From assembly GCA_030390025.1 (NCBI GenBank), contig CM059432.1:75084001-75148000 (forward strand): a stretch of 64,000 bases of DNA, read 5' to 3'. Each line of letters begins with the position of its first letter. The first letter of the stretch is position 1. The notes under the pieces were generated by a model, which worked only from the letters and a program-made list of their open reading frames with translations, searched no databases and had not been told where the DNA came from. Positions 36,900-49,444 of this stretch are shown piece by piece. The stretch comes from Squalus acanthias. Lineage: Eukaryota. The translations under genes were made by a program, and so were the position numbers.

Positions 36900-38680
36900 C
36901 TGTAAGATAGGAAGACGAATAATGTTCTAATGCCTGTGAGAAGTACAAAGCTGAGGAAATGTGCTAAAAGCTTAAGGGACATGCTGTACCTCTTAATGCA
37001 AGCAGCTGTACACAGATCAGAACAAGTCATTTTGGATTTATACAGAACAAAAGTAATCACATTAAACCAACACCCACATTGCACAAACTACACACTATAC
37101 AAAGACATTTAATGTTTTGATTACTTCATTGAATTTTTTTTACATTTCTAGAAATCTGCCGTGACAGAATTTGTCACATATTTACAGCATTAGATTCCAT
37201 AATCTTTCTCCTTCAGCATCCCCATTGCTGGCACTAACTATTTGGCATTTGCACATTGCAGGAAATGGTGAGTTAACGAATTTCAGCCAGGATGGTAGCT
37301 GGGACAATGCAGTGGCCTCGGTAGGCCTGGGCTTGGGGAGAGCAGACTGTGGGAAGAGGAAGTGAGGAGAAAGTCAGCCAGGGATCCCGCTCCTGATTAC
37401 TACCCAGTGACACCTGCTGAAAAGTGCACATGTGGACATCAGGTGAGGACAGGATCAAGCTCAATTCTAATACTCTCCATGACAAACTAGCCTGCCGACA
37501 CACCATCCAGGCTAACATGTGAAGATGTTCAATTGAGACAGATACTGAAGCATGGGCAGCACAAATGGAATTGCACCCTAACGTAGGCTCACAAACATCT
37601 TTTGAAAAGTTTTACAAAACAGCTTAAAACACACACCATTCCTAGACAGACAAAAGAACTCTTAGCATAGAAAACTGCAAACTACAAGAGGATAGGACAG
37701 GACCAAAGACAGCCAAGTCAGACAAACCTTGGATTTCAGATTCCACATCCAAGCTCTGAGATCCATAGGCTGTTATAAGTAATAAAATTGACATTTTGTT
37801 AGTAATGTTCACCCTTTACACGTTCGGCAGATAATGTTAGATTTTTTTTTTAAATAGAAAGAAAAAAATCTGAGCCAGTTATGAAAGGCAGTCTCATTAC
37901 AAACCTGATTGGCTATCTTCATCTGTACTTTGAAGAACAGGATACACTTCTGGAAGAAAAAACAGGCCAACAGGGTCAAAGGCAGTACATACACCACAAG
38001 TATAATAATCTTAATATATGATTCATAAAGTTGTAGGTCAGAGCACCTTTTCAATAGCCTACCAAGGATGGAAAGGGTACAAGGATGCACTCACTTTAGA
38101 GGGCTGTGAAGTAATTTAATACATCTAAGAATCTGAACAAGGGAGGGAGAAAACTCCTATTAAATTCCAGCACAGCTAAAAATACTAAAAGTTGTCACAC
38201 AGATTCATAAGGAAAAGTGCATATATTTTAGTGCTTGACCACAAGATTCTTTACAGGCAATACAATATGCTGCATCATGAAACATACCATTTTCCTCATT
38301 CCCCATAAGCATTTTTCTTCAGGGGGAAAACGAGGGGAAAGAAATGGGCTGTTTCATGATCCAATACTTTGTGGGGGTAGGTTGCATGCAACTTTGTTTC
38401 TACAATCAACAAAGCTACCCCAGACCAGCAGAGAATTAGTATTTTTTTTGGTGCGAGCAGGCATGAAACAGATTCAGTTTTTCTTCCCAGAGTTGGCACA
38501 TTTGCCTATCGCAAGACTTTCAGACTCGAGACTGAAATTGATGATTGATAAAACCGAATCCCGCTGAGAGAGCTGGTTTCAGGAACAGATAGTCCTCAGC
38601 CTGGAACCTGATCTAGTTGGGAATCTGTGCAGTAACTGCTAGACTTCTCATAGTACAACTGTTTAAGGGAGCAAGCAAAC

Positions 38681-38722
38681 CTTGTATGTCTTCAGTCCCT
38701 GGAACATACTCTGGTTCTTCAG
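38681..38722 (-). CDS. ASPH: ASPH exon, 42 nt, AEEPEYVPGTEDIQ
   Basis: ttgtctcctactag / gtttgc, phase 1-1. Confidence 0.8.
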
Positions 38723-38846
38723 CTAGTAGGAGACAATTTAAAAGCAGTTACAATCCAGCTTTATATTGGCATGTTCAGTATATATTTCTTCCCTCCACTA
38801 CCCAGCATAGCTGAAAAAACAGGGCTCGTTACAGTAACAAAATATT

Positions 38847-39614
38847 GGCCCTGGAATTTGCAGTCAGTGGTGAAGCAAAGGCATTCGCCGCTGGCCCCGA
38901 AGTAAGCTTCGCACAAAGATCTTACAATCTTAGTGTCGAGAAGTTCGGGTTTTCCGACGTGTAATTCAAATCAACCGAGTTTAGTGGGGATCCCCTAGTG
39001 CGAGCTGCTGTGACGTCAACAAGCTGTCTAAGCAGCCAATCAAAACGCAGAATTCACAGACAGCGAACAAGGAAGTGAGTAAGCTCTTAAAATTCTAACT
39101 TTTAAAAAATGTTAAGAGAGCAAAACATGAGAGCGGCTCTCACATGGGGAAAAGGTAAACCTGAAATAAAGATGGACAAACTTAAAAAATTTTTTTTAAA
39201 GTTTCTCAAAAATTATAATTTTTATTAAAATGATAAATTTGACACTGCACAAAATTTTAAAAAAAGTGTGTTTTTCAGGCCCATAACCTTTGTTTAGCAG
39301 TCAATATGCTGTTAAAACCCCAGTTACACCGTATCCTTTTGGGTCTAACATTTAGTGGGGAATTTAACAGCGGTATTACTGCATAAGAGCCGCAATTTGT
39401 GTCAGTTTCCCTAATTTGAGATATTACACAGATTGCTAGGTGTGCGCGTGTTTGGGGGGGGGGGCACAGCGCAGCCTGTGTCGGAGCAGTGAATGACAGA
39501 CCGCAGCTTCAGGATTTCCGCATGCGCCAGATCCCGAAGTTGCGGTCAATTTCAAAGGCGGAATGACAGCGAACGCCGCCAGTTCGCAGTTATCCGGACC
39601 ACAAATTCCGGGCC
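38847..39614. mobile_element. MITE family B copy 1
   Basis: TIRs GGCCCTGGAATTTG / CAAATTCCGGGCC, flanks ATT/GTT. Shares a CCAATCA...GGAAGTG block with 41088-41822. Confidence 0.75.
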
Positions 39615-39797
39615 GTTATTTTATTCTTAAATCTGCAATCTTTCATGTAACCACATGGTGGCCATTAATTTATTTTCTTTGCAAAAGAACATACAAAAGC
39701 ATATTTACAGCTGTCTAAGAGTTTGCTGTTTAAATTTGCTTACAGCTGAAAGGTCACATTTGTCTGTAAGAGGTATTAAGAGAAACAAGGCACTTAC

Positions 39798-39842
39798 CAT
39801 AAATTTCTTCCACTGTATCTTCAGGCTCTGGGACATCATTTT
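39798..39842 (-). CDS. ASPH: ASPH exon, 45 nt, ENDVPEPEDTVEEIY
   Basis: tttatttgcttgttgcag / gtaagt, phase 1-1. Confidence 0.9.
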
Positions 39843-40124
39843 CTGCAACAAGCAAATAAAAAAAAAAAAAATAGAACTTTTCCTTCAAACCTTCCCTTTC
39901 TTTCTTCCCTCCGGACAAGATTCCTGCTGGGGAATAGTTCCAGGTGTGCTGGCAGCCCTACAAGGACCTTGCCAAGTGAAGATTTTGAGAGTGAACCCAG
40001 AGAGTCAGGAAACCAATGAACTATGGAATTACAGCCAAGCCCAATGTATACACACACACACACACACATCTCTCGCTCTCCATATATTATATGTACATGC
40101 ATATAGATATGCAAACTGGAAGAA

Positions 40125-40822
40125 ATTTCAGCACATCCAGAACTGCATCCAGCTGCCTAGGTCCTAAGCTCTGGAATTCCCTCCCTAAATCTCTCCACTT
40201 CTCTTTCGTCCTTTAAGACACTCCTTAAAACCTACCTCTTTGACCAAGCTTTTGGTCATCGGCCTTAACATCTCCTTATATGCTAGGTGTCAATTTTTTT
40301 TTTTTGATAACACTCCTGTGAAGCACCTTGGGACATTTTATTACGTTAAACATAGAAAAAACATAGAAACATAGAATCTAGGAGCAGGAGTAGGCCATTC
40401 GGCCCGTCGAGCCTGCTCCGCCATTCAATACGATCATGGCTGATCATCCAAATCCAGTACCCTGTCCCTGCTTTAATCCCCACAGTACACATATCCCACC
40501 CTACCCCCGTAACCCCACGTATTTAATTCCCCCTAACATATCCCATCCTATCCCCATAACCCCACATATTTAATCCCCCCTAACACTAAGGGTCAATTTA
40601 TCATAGCCAAATCAACCTAACCCACACATTTTTGGACTGTGGGAGGAAACCGGAGCACCCGGAGGAAACCCACGCAGACACGGGGAGAATGTGCAAACTC
40701 CACACAGACAGTCACCCGAGGTCAGATTCGAACCCGGGTCTCTGGCGCTGTGAGGCACCAGTGCTAACCACTATGCCACCGTGTTGCCCAAAAGGCGCTA
40801 TATAAATATAAGAAGTTGTTAT
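40125..40822 (+). mobile_element. L2 3' end split by a SINE insertion
   Basis: CLGPKLWNSLPK. The tail TACGTTAAA|AAAGGCGCTATATAAAT is interrupted at 40350/40790. Confidence 0.85.
40351..40789 (-). mobile_element. Full-length tRNA-derived V-SINE (HE1-like)
   Basis: A box TGGCATAGTGG and B box GGTTCGAATC. V-domain GTGTGGAGTTTGCACATTCTCCCCGTGTCTGCGTGGGTTTCCTCCGGGTGCTCCGGTTTCCTCCCACA. CR1-derived tail ending in (TTTCTATG)n. Confidence 0.9.
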
Positions 40823-40937
40823 TGAAAGATCCCATACTACCCAACTATTTCTCAATGTCAACATATTAATCACCGGTTAAAAGAAAACAAATACAAAATG
40901 GAAAATATACAAATGTGTGCTGCAAGTCAAGATATAC

Positions 40938-40982
40938 CTTCAATGAATTCATCACTTATTGGCAGCTCCTTCTCCATTTCAT
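40938..40982 (-). CDS. ASPH: ASPH exon, 45 nt, DEMEKELPISDEFIE
   Basis: tgttttacttgcag / gtatat, phase 1-1. Confidence 0.85.
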
Positions 40983-41087
40983 CTGCAAGTAAAACATAGT
41001 ATTTAACCAGTGGCATAAGTATAGCTGAAAATCCAAAGCTTGTCAATCCCCAAGAATTTATACGTAGGTTTATTCAATTTGAAGTAT

Positions 41088-41822
41088 GGGCTGGATTTTG
41101 CTCTCTGTGGCGAATGAATAGCACCAGCCGTTCATTATATTCACACGCAGGCTTTCTATGGGATTTTGTACTGGAACTTACTGTAAATTAGAGCCAAAAT
41201 GGCACAGTGCCCTCTACAGGGAATCTGGGACCTGTGTGAAGAAGGCAAACAACTATCTATCTTCTTAACCAATCAGATTGAAGAATTGTTAATGAGCAGC
41301 CCAGAGTCTGAACCAGGAAGTGTCAGTTAGAATATGCCAAATCAGGTACAGAAAGCAAAAAAGAGAGGGAAAAAAGATGGGATTGAGAGAGAGAGAGAGA
41401 GAGAGAGAGATGAGAGAAAAAGTTTTTTTTTTAAAATTTAAATGTTTTAAAATCTCCAGCGATAATTAAAATCTGAAGGAATGAGCTTCCACAGTTGTAA
41501 AAGTTAACTTTCGGTAGTAATTAAGACTTACCACAGCATTAAAATTTACTTGCACTTTAATGGACAAGCCCTCATTTTTTCTGCCGTGTTTAGTGGGTAA
41601 GTACCGCAACTTCACAGCGTTTCATGTATTTCAATGCCGAATCTCTCAGCAAGATATAGTTATTGCGCAGGTTCTGGAGGAACAGGGCAACTCAGACAGC
41701 AACTTACTGATTTCCATGTTTAACTGCACATGTGCAGTCGTTGGAAGTTCCTGTCCGATTTACACTTTAAGAACGGTGAGCGCTACAAGCCTCGCTGTCA
41801 TTTCCACAGTAAAATCTGGCCC
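41088..41822. mobile_element. MITE family B copy 2, with an internal (GA)n microsatellite near 41385-41410
   Basis: TIRs GGGCTGGATTTT / AAAATCTGGCCC. Confidence 0.7.
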
Positions 41823-41909
41823 ATTAAAAATGCGAAATGGGTAAATTGCTCCCTCTGCTGACTGGAATCCAAAAATGGTATTGTTGTAATGCCTAATTTA
41901 CCACTCAAT

Positions 41910-42360
41910 AGCATTTATATAGCACCTATCACGGCCTCAGGACATCCCAAAGCACTTTACAGCCAATGAAGTACTTTTGAAGTATAAGTCACTGTTGTAA
42001 TGTAGGAATCGCAGCAGCCAATTTATGCACAGCAAGACCCAACAAACAGCAATGTGATAATCACCAGATAATCTGTTTCTTGGCTGTTGACTGAGGTATA
42101 CATACATACATACATATTGGCCAGGACACTGGATATAACTCCCCAACTCTTCTTTGAAAGTGTGCCATGGAATCTTTTACGTCTACATGCGAGGGCAGTT
42201 GGTTTAATGTCTCATTCAAAAGATGGCACCTCAGACAATGCAGCACTTCCTCACTACTTAACTGGAGTGGCAGCCTGGATTTTATGCTCAAGTCCCTGCA
42301 GTGGGACTTGAACTCACAACCTTCTGACTCAGAGAGGGAGTGCTACCACTGAGTCACAGC
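41910..42360 (-). mobile_element. Deu-domain SINE (SacSINE1-like)
   Basis: tRNA-like head, Deu core (GTGCTGCATTGTCTGAGGTGCCATCTTTTGAATGAGAC...TAAAAGATTCCATGGCAC), L2-like tail. Confidence 0.8.
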
Positions 42361-42773
42361 AGAAAGACAATCAGCTTTGGGTCATTTCAGGACTTTTTTT
42401 TTTTAAATCCAGCTACGGTAACCTGGTGCCAAGAACTCAGATCCTGGTTTAAATCCTTGTGCCACCACCTCAGCAGCATCCAGACTGTTGCCAATCTTGC
42501 TTTGCCTTGTTAAAAAAAAAACGAAATAAGCAGATCATTCATATACAAAACAAGTAACTACCCGTTTTAAAAGGTTAAAAAAGGTTAAAGGTTAAAAGGT
42601 AAATTGCACTCTGAAATGTAAAGTGTAAAATGGTGTGGATACCATTTCCTAGTGGATTTTGAATCTTTATTCATGCTTTTCAGCATTCTAAGAGAAAGGA
42701 CAGCGGTAAGAATGGCACACAATGGTATTTTTAACATACCCCATTAACAAAATAAAACTTTCACTTGGCATAC

Positions 42774-42803
42774 CCACGACCAACAACCCAGGTTCCTTCT
42801 CAT
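42774..42803 (-). CDS. ASPH: ASPH exon, 30 nt, DEKEPGLLVV
   Basis: ttttatttacttcag / gtatgc, phase 1-1. 76-nt intron to the preceding exon. Confidence 0.75.
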
Positions 42804-42879
42804 CTGAAGTAAATAAAAGCTGTCAACTATTAAACACAAAAAGACTTTGCAACAAGTAAATAAGCACAAAATGTTCCAC

Positions 42880-42933
42880 CTTCACTGTCCACTTGGTCAG
42901 AGAAATCCTCTTCCACTTCGGATTCATATACTC
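42880..42933 (-). CDS. ASPH: ASPH exon, 54 nt, GVYESEVEEDFSDQVDSE
   Basis: ttactttttttccag / gtggaa, phase 1-1. The VYE start resembles human AVYEPLENE (recalled). Confidence 0.85.
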
Positions 42934-44076
42934 CTGGAAAAAAAGTAACAAGTGTAAGGTAATGAAGTTCAAAACAGCATCGCCGAAGTAGATATATCAT
43001 TCTAATTCAGCATATGTAGCTGTGTTTTTAAACAATACAATAATGAAAGGAGTTCATAGCAAAATCCCGGGAATGCACTTAGTAATTTGTCCCCTACTTA
43101 TTTGAGAGAAATATTCACAGTTCAGTCTATCCTGAGGGCAGATTAGAAACCAATTTTCTTCAAATTGGAAGAACAAATCACGCTGTGGCTACCAATAAAA
43201 ATGGCAACTTTCCCCCCAACTGGCAGTTAAATGTTTCAAATCTGACAGTTTACAAAAAAACAGCCAAGTTGATATTATACTATGTTGTACACAGCACCCA
43301 GAGTGACTTCGGGTACAGTACCACTTAGAACTTATGCTACATTTATATATGAGAGAATTCTTACAAGAATTATTTTTGTGATAGTCATGGCTACCCGTGC
43401 TGTGGAATCTGCCCCATTTACATTGCAGGACAGATTCTGCATCATTAAGCAAGAGGCACACAAGAAGCTTGTTTGCAAACCATGGATATGCAGTGGTTTG
43501 AAAGTCACTGCTACTTTTCGTCCTCAGACCTTACGCAAAGGTTGAAGGACTGTCTACTTCACTGGCAGCAGCTCTATAAGGTAAATGTACAATTAGTGTT
43601 TTTACCTCATATTTTTGTAATCCACTCAAAAGGCAAAGTGAGTATACCAGTCAGATAACATCAGGTTACCACACTGGTGTTTTGTTAACTACGAAGGAAA
43701 GTTGAAAAGCTTTCTACATGTAGTGTCAGACCAGATTTCCATTTACACTTTCACAATGATTTTTCTTTGGGAAAGGTATTGGCCCAGGGGGGCATGGGGA
43801 AAAAAAGGAATAAGCAGAGAACATTACATAGTAACGTTTGCTTCAAGTCCATACCAGTTCCCAAGGTGCACCAAAGCAATAGTTGAGACGGAGTTGATTA
43901 AAGGTAGACAAATATCTTGCTTTACACCAATACCAGTAACAATTACAGTTTTGACATAGGCCCGGTTACATATTGAAGCATACATAGAAAAGTAGTCCAA
44001 CATATTTTTTTTAAATTCCTCTGTATTCACCTCTAAGGAATGTCAAACAGTTGAAAGGTATAAACACAGTACATAC

Positions 44077-44127
44077 CTGGAACATCTTGTTCAGAAACCA
44101 CCTCTTCAGGCTCAAGCTCAGCTTCAT
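44077..44127 (-). CDS. ASPH: ASPH exon, 51 nt, DEAELEPEEVVSEQDVP
   Basis: atttatgttgtag / gtatgt, phase 1-1. Confidence 0.9.
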
Positions 44128-44212
44128 CTACAACATAAATAGCTTTTTGTTAATAGGCTGAGTATTATGGACAATTGTTAAAGTTAATATATTTCCTGGT
44201 AAAGACACAAAC

Positions 44213-44260
44213 CTGAAACAGCATAATCATCAACTTCTTCCCCCCTCACTTCGGATTCTG
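44213..44260 (-). CDS. ASPH: ASPH exon, 48 nt, AESEVRGEEVDDYAVS
   Basis: ttttttcccttcag / gtttgt, phase 1-1. CAGCAG tandem acceptor. Confidence 0.85.
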
Positions 44261-44349
44261 CTGAAGGGAAAAAAAAGTGTTTCTGTAATGTTAATGATCT
44301 TTTCCATACATTTTTGATGGCTACAATGAAGATGGCACACGATAACTAC

Positions 44350-44397
44350 CTGAAATTTTGTCTTCAGCTACATCTGCAACTTCAGGTCCAGAGTCCT
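44350..44397 (-). CDS. ASPH: ASPH exon, 48 nt, EDSGPEVADVAEDKIS
   Basis: tctgttactttcag / gtagtt, phase 1-1. Confidence 0.85.
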
Positions 44398-44802
44398 CTG
44401 AAAGTAACAGATACTCATCAATGACTTGGGTACAAATAGCCAAACTGCTGGCTATAGTCATCATTTTCAAGAGCAAGCCTTTATACAACGCCCTTGATGT
44501 AGTAAGATGACCCAAGGTGCTTCACAGAGACACAAGGAAAAAAATGATCGCCAAGCAAAAAGAAGAGATATTGAGAAGGGTTCATCAAACGTTTGGTAAA
44601 AGAGGTGGGTCCTAAAGGAAGAGAGGGAGGGAATTCCAGAGCGTGAGCCTAGGCGATTAAAGGCACAGCCACCAATGGTAGCGTGACGAGAAGGGGAGAA
44701 GCCTTTGCTCCATATCCCTGGATACCCATGCCTAACAAAATATCAATCTCAGTCTTGAAAGTTTCAATTGACCCAGCACCCACAGCCTTTTGGGAGAGAG
44801 AT

Positions 44803-45287
44803 AGGTCAGGAGTGTGATGGAATACTCTCCACTTGCCTGGATGAGTGCAGCTCTAACAACACTCAAGAAGCTCAACACCATCCAGGACAAAGTAGCCCGC
44901 TTGATTGGCACCCCATCCACCACCTTAAACATTCACTCCCTCCACCACCAACACACTGTGTACCATCTACAAGATGCGCTGCAGCAACTCGCCAACACTT
45001 CCCAAAACCTGCAACCTCTACCATCTATAAGGACAAGGGCAACAGGCGCACGGGAACACCATCATCTGCAAGTTCCCCTCCAAGTCACACATCATCCTGA
45101 CTTGGAAATAAATCGCCGTTCCTTCATCATCGCTGGGTCAAAATCCTGGAACTTCCTTCCTAACAGCACTGTGGGACTGCAGTGGTTCAAGGCGGCGGTT
45201 CACCACCACCTTCTCAAGGGCAATTAGGGATGGGCAATAAATGCTGGCCTTGCCAGCGACACTCACATCCGTGAATGAATTAAAAAA
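44803..45287 (+). mobile_element. 3' fragment of the 7031-9051 LINE family, preceded by a decayed minus-strand L2 tail (about 44475-44700)
   Basis: MEYSPLAWMSAA..TLKKL..IQDK and the shared 3' end. Confidence 0.85.
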
Positions 45288-45497
45288 TTGCTGTTGAACT
45301 TCATTACCTTGTGGAATAACTTATAAAAACATCCATTCCCCAACAGGAAGCATACAGATGAAGAAGAGAAGACAGCCAATTATTCACCAATGAGGCAACA
45401 GCACTAAGAACAGCTCTTTCCAAACTTCATATTTCACAAGATCCAAACATTACAAACAAGCAAATAAGAAATAAAAGGACAAAAGCTGTCTGTAACG

Positions 45498-46293
45498 TCA
45501 TAAGAATTAGGACTAGGAGTAGGCCATACGGCCCCTCAAGCCTGCTCCGCCATTCAATAAAATCATAGCTGATCTTTGATCTCAACTCCATTTTCCCGCC
45601 CGATCCTCATATCCCTCGATTCCCCTACAGTCCAAAAATCTATCTATCTCACCCTTTAATATACTCAATGACTCAGCATCCACAATCCTTTGGGGCAGAG
45701 AATTCCAAAGATTCACAATCCTTTGAGTGAAGAAATTCCTCCTCATCTCAGTCCTAAATGGCCAACTCCTTATTCTGAGACTATGACCCCTAGTTCTTGA
45801 CTCTCCAGCCAGGGGAAACAACCTCTCAGCATCTACCCTGTCAAACCCCCTCAGAATCTTATGTTTCAATGAGATCACCTCTCATTCTTCTAAATTCCAG
45901 AGTATAGGTGCAATCTACTCAATCGCTCCTCATAGGACAACCCTCTCATCCCAGGAATCAATCTAGTGAACCTTTGTTGCACTGCCTCGAAGGCAAGTAT
46001 ATCCTTCCTCAGATAAGGAGGAGATTAAAACTGTGCACAGTACGCCAGAGTGTGGTCTTACCAAAGCCCTGTACAATTGTAGCAAGACTTCCTTACTCTT
46101 ATACTCCAATCGCCTTGCAATAAATGTCAACATGCAATATGCCTTCCTAATTGCTTGCTGTACCTGCATTTTAACTTTGTGTTTCCTGTACGAGGACAAC
46201 TTAATCTCTCTGAACACCAACATTTAATAGTTTCTCACCACTTAAAAAATATTCTGTTTTTCCATTCTTCCTACCAAAGTGAATACCCTCACA
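45498..46293 (-). mobile_element. CR1 LINE 3' fragment
   Basis: LLQLYRALVRPH, ESRTRGHSL, FFTQRIVNLWNSLP and the CR1 tail. Confidence 0.9.
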
Positions 46294-46695
46294 CATCATG
46301 GAGTGATTTCTCAGGGCCGACCCAGGTGCTGCAGTGTGGACACTCTTACTTTAATTCGTCCAATCTAATACTGAGTTAATCATTGACAAGTATATCCTTT
46401 AAATATATTTATCTTCTTTAGATCTTCGTGTCTTGCACCATCCTCTGGCTGGGTGGGCAAACAGATGAACTGAATTGTTAACTTGCCCTCCCTTGGCATA
46501 GAGAAATACATGGTGCTTGCTTAGCAACTTTCCACAATGACACAGCCAAAAAGATGCATTTGTGGTGTCAGGGAAATCAGAGCTTCAAAGCCACTATTAA
46601 ATTATTCCATTGTCCAACACCATGTAGTACTCACGTATCAACAGAAACTCACGCATTTTACTAAATAGATATGAATAAAACAGAGTAAGGAGTAC

Positions 46696-46749
46696 CTAGA
46701 ATCTCTGCTCCTTCGGACAATGTTTCATCTTCCACATACACAGACTCTT
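46696..46749 (-). CDS. ASPH: ASPH exon, 54 nt, EESVYVEDETLSEGAEIL
   Basis: tctttcttacag / gtactc, phase 1-1. VEDE as in human SEPVVEDERL (recalled). Confidence 0.85.
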   Translation of the reverse strand, partial: KSLCMWKMKHCPKEQRF

Positions 46750-46837
46750 CTGTAAGAAAGATACACCCATTTGTTTACAACCCAAGATATAATATCCAAT
46801 GGAAACCAATCTGTGCAGAGCATTTACAGTCACTAAC

Positions 46838-46891
46838 CTGGAGATTCTGTATGCTCATACATCATCTCTTCTTCCTCCATTTTAGATTCAT
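46838..46891 (-). CDS. ASPH: ASPH exon, 54 nt, DESKMEEEEMMYEHTESP
   Basis: tattctttcag / gttagt, phase 1-1. Resembles human QDMEEMMSEQENP (recalled); the most diagnostic exon for the gene call. Confidence 0.9.
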
Positions 46892-46972
46892 CTGAAAGAA
46901 TACTACTTTTTAATTAATTGAACGTTTTCATAATGCTTTAAATAAGGGATTGAATGTGTACAAAGTACAAAC

Positions 46973-47041
46973 CTGGAGTATCTGCTTCTTCAGGTCCAGA
47001 TTCTACTGTTTCATATTTAACTTCATCTGCAAACTCAGTAC
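46973..47041 (-). CDS. ASPH: ASPH exon, 69 nt, GTEFADEVKYETVESGPEEADTP
   Basis: tgtgcttgttttaag / gtttgt, phase 1-1. An internal in-frame tttgcag acceptor is also possible. Confidence 0.85.
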
Positions 47042-48076
47042 CTTAAAACAAGCACAGATTTAGCAGGACACAAAATGTAGCATCACCTACCAGAAATAAG
47101 CATGGAAAGCACAGGAGCAAACCACTTCATGGGCATCTGTATTTACTCGTGTATGTGTTATTATTCCCTACATGTACAATTCAGTGGAGATGATGAAGCA
47201 TTAATTGGACAGCCCACAAAGGAAGGGCCAAGACTACACTCTACAGATTAAAAACTACCCTAGGTAGAGTGGACTCTGCTTCCAAAGCCTTGCGTAAGGA
47301 GTTCCTACTTTAAGTAGGAAGTTGGAACAAGGTCTGAGGTCTCTCTAGTTGTGCATGTTTCTTTATAAATAGAATAACTTTGATGGCTATTTTACAGATT
47401 GCAAAAGAATGTTTTTCCTGAACAAGCCCCTGAATCTGGGCCTTAATCTGGTCAAAAATTATAGAATTAAGTCTCTTTTTGCCACCTATGGGTTTGGACA
47501 GCTTTAATTCAGTTCCTTATGATCATAAATTTGCAAACCAAAACCATAAATTGGTAGTCTCACACAGAGAAGCTAATAGGATGCTGGTGCGAGACATGAA
47601 AAATGTAAATCACTGCAAAATGGGGTGCTCTTCTAAATTTGGGGTGTGGGAACTTTTTGTAGTAAAGGGTGCTTTACTCTGTGTTTGACCTGTGATCTTG
47701 ATGGCAGGTTTATCAAACCAAGATCTCATGTTGTACACATCCCTTGGAGTACCTAAACATAGCACTTGAACTCTAGAATTTCATTTCCTGGGGAAAAAAA
47801 AGACAATACTCATTTCCCCTCCCACTACTTCCAAGCCTCTGATCTCTCTCACCATCTACTTCTGCCTCCAACATCCCTTCTTACTTGTCTTCAATTCTTT
47901 ATCCTCCAATGCCCCTTGCACCACTCACTACTCTGCCTTCCTATAATTATTTCCCTCTCCCTGATGTGCATCATGTCTCCTTTAGGACTGCCTAGTGCAT
48001 CGCCAACTCCAAACCCTACACAACTTTGTCTTCCTCCCTTTCCACCTCCAGAGTAGTCTTTCTTCATTATGTCAAT

Positions 48077-48480
48077 CTTGGCTCAGTGGTAGTTTTCTCA
48101 CCCAAGTCAGAAGGATGTGGGTTCAAGCCCCACTCCAGAAACATGAGCACATAATTTAGGCTTACACTTCAAGAGAGGGTCACTGATGCTGTCTTTCAGA
48201 TGAGATGTTAAAACGAGGCCACAGGAGAGCTTGACATAAAAGATCCCATGGCACTATACGAAGAAAAGCAGGTGAGTACTCCCAGTGTCTCAATTACCAC
48301 CACAAACAGATTATCTGGCCGTATATCTAATTACTGTTTGTGGGATCTTGTTATGCGTAAATCGACTGCCACATTTGCCTGCATGACAACAGTGACTACA
48401 TTTCGGAAGTACTTCTTTGACTGAGGCACTTTGGGACATCCTGAGGACCTGAAAGGTGTTTTATAAATGAACGGTCTTCT
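48077..48480 (+). mobile_element. Deu-domain SINE (SacSINE1-like)
   Basis: TGGCTCAGTGG...GGTTCAAGCC head, TCTTTCAGATGAGATGTTAAA...TAAAAGATCCCATGGCAC core, L2-like tail. Confidence 0.8.
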
Positions 48481-49016
48481 TTGCCTTTATTTTTCCCCAC
48501 CAATTTTCTCATCTCTCTTGAAAGTGGAGGCTTTATTGGTAACTCTCTGGTACATCACCCATAGTAGTCATATATGAACCTCAATAGTGAGTTGGCAAAC
48601 TAGTCGACACCAGAAGGCATCACAGCCAAGACAGATCCAAACATTAGCTGACGATAACATGCACTTTCCAGCAGGGGTCACTGGATAGCGACAAAAGGGA
48701 ACCCTGACTAAATTTTCTCCTCCATAAATCTAGGGGTGCTGCAGCCAACTATAGTGTCTCTATTGCTGCCTCTGCTGTGAGCTAATGTAAGTAGGAGCAC
48801 AGAAATTAACTTGCTGGTCTGCAACGTTCATATACTCACTGTATAAATCTGCTTCCGCTATAGCGGAAGCACTAATTCACTCTTGGAAAAATAATGGATG
48901 GCTTCTTAAAGTCTTCCTGACGTGGATACATCACTGATGACATATGTTGATGCTGAGATTTTTGTACTACACCTATTTCACCTCTATGTATACAATAATA
49001 GTTTATGAACGCTCAC

Positions 49017-49106
49017 CTGCTTCAGCATCTTCTGAATCTTCACCCTCAGCATCAAATTCATTTGTCCTTTCCTCTGTTGGTGGTTCTTCCCCTTCAGCTG
49101 CCACTT
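49017..49106 (-). CDS. ASPH: ASPH exon, 90 nt (93 nt with the upstream AAG acceptor), EVAAEGEEPPTEERTNEFDAEGEDSEDAEA
   Basis: ttttcataatttttaagtag / gtgagc, phase 1-1. Confidence 0.9.
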
Positions 49107-49444
49107 CTACTTAAAAATTATGAAAATAAATGCTGTGTGCGCTTCTAAAACTTGTACAAATGTTAACTTCATACAAGCTTTGAATCCTAATTCTGAAGGC
49201 CAAGATTACAATTATTTTAGAAGTTCCAAATAAGGTCCTTATAAAAACATGCTGAAAAATACAGATGTAAGCTCGGCAAATTATTTAGTATCCTATAGGA
49301 TTCACACATGAATATTTAATCTTTGGTTGAATTTTTCATAATTCCTCCAACAAACCATCCCAAGTTTTTTCATTCTTAAATTGTTGGGGTTTTTTGTACT
49401 CTCACTGCAAAAACCTTTTGTTAATATATTACAAGTGAAAACCA

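Noticed and set aside
40720..40789. tRNA gene
   Set aside because: The A and B boxes belong to the SINE head and run directly into the V-domain.
42423..42505. Possible exon (one frame reads ...DAAEVVAQGFKPGSEFLAP)
   Set aside because: 83 nt is not a multiple of three, the donor gttacc is weak, and no acceptor gives phase-1 entry into that frame.
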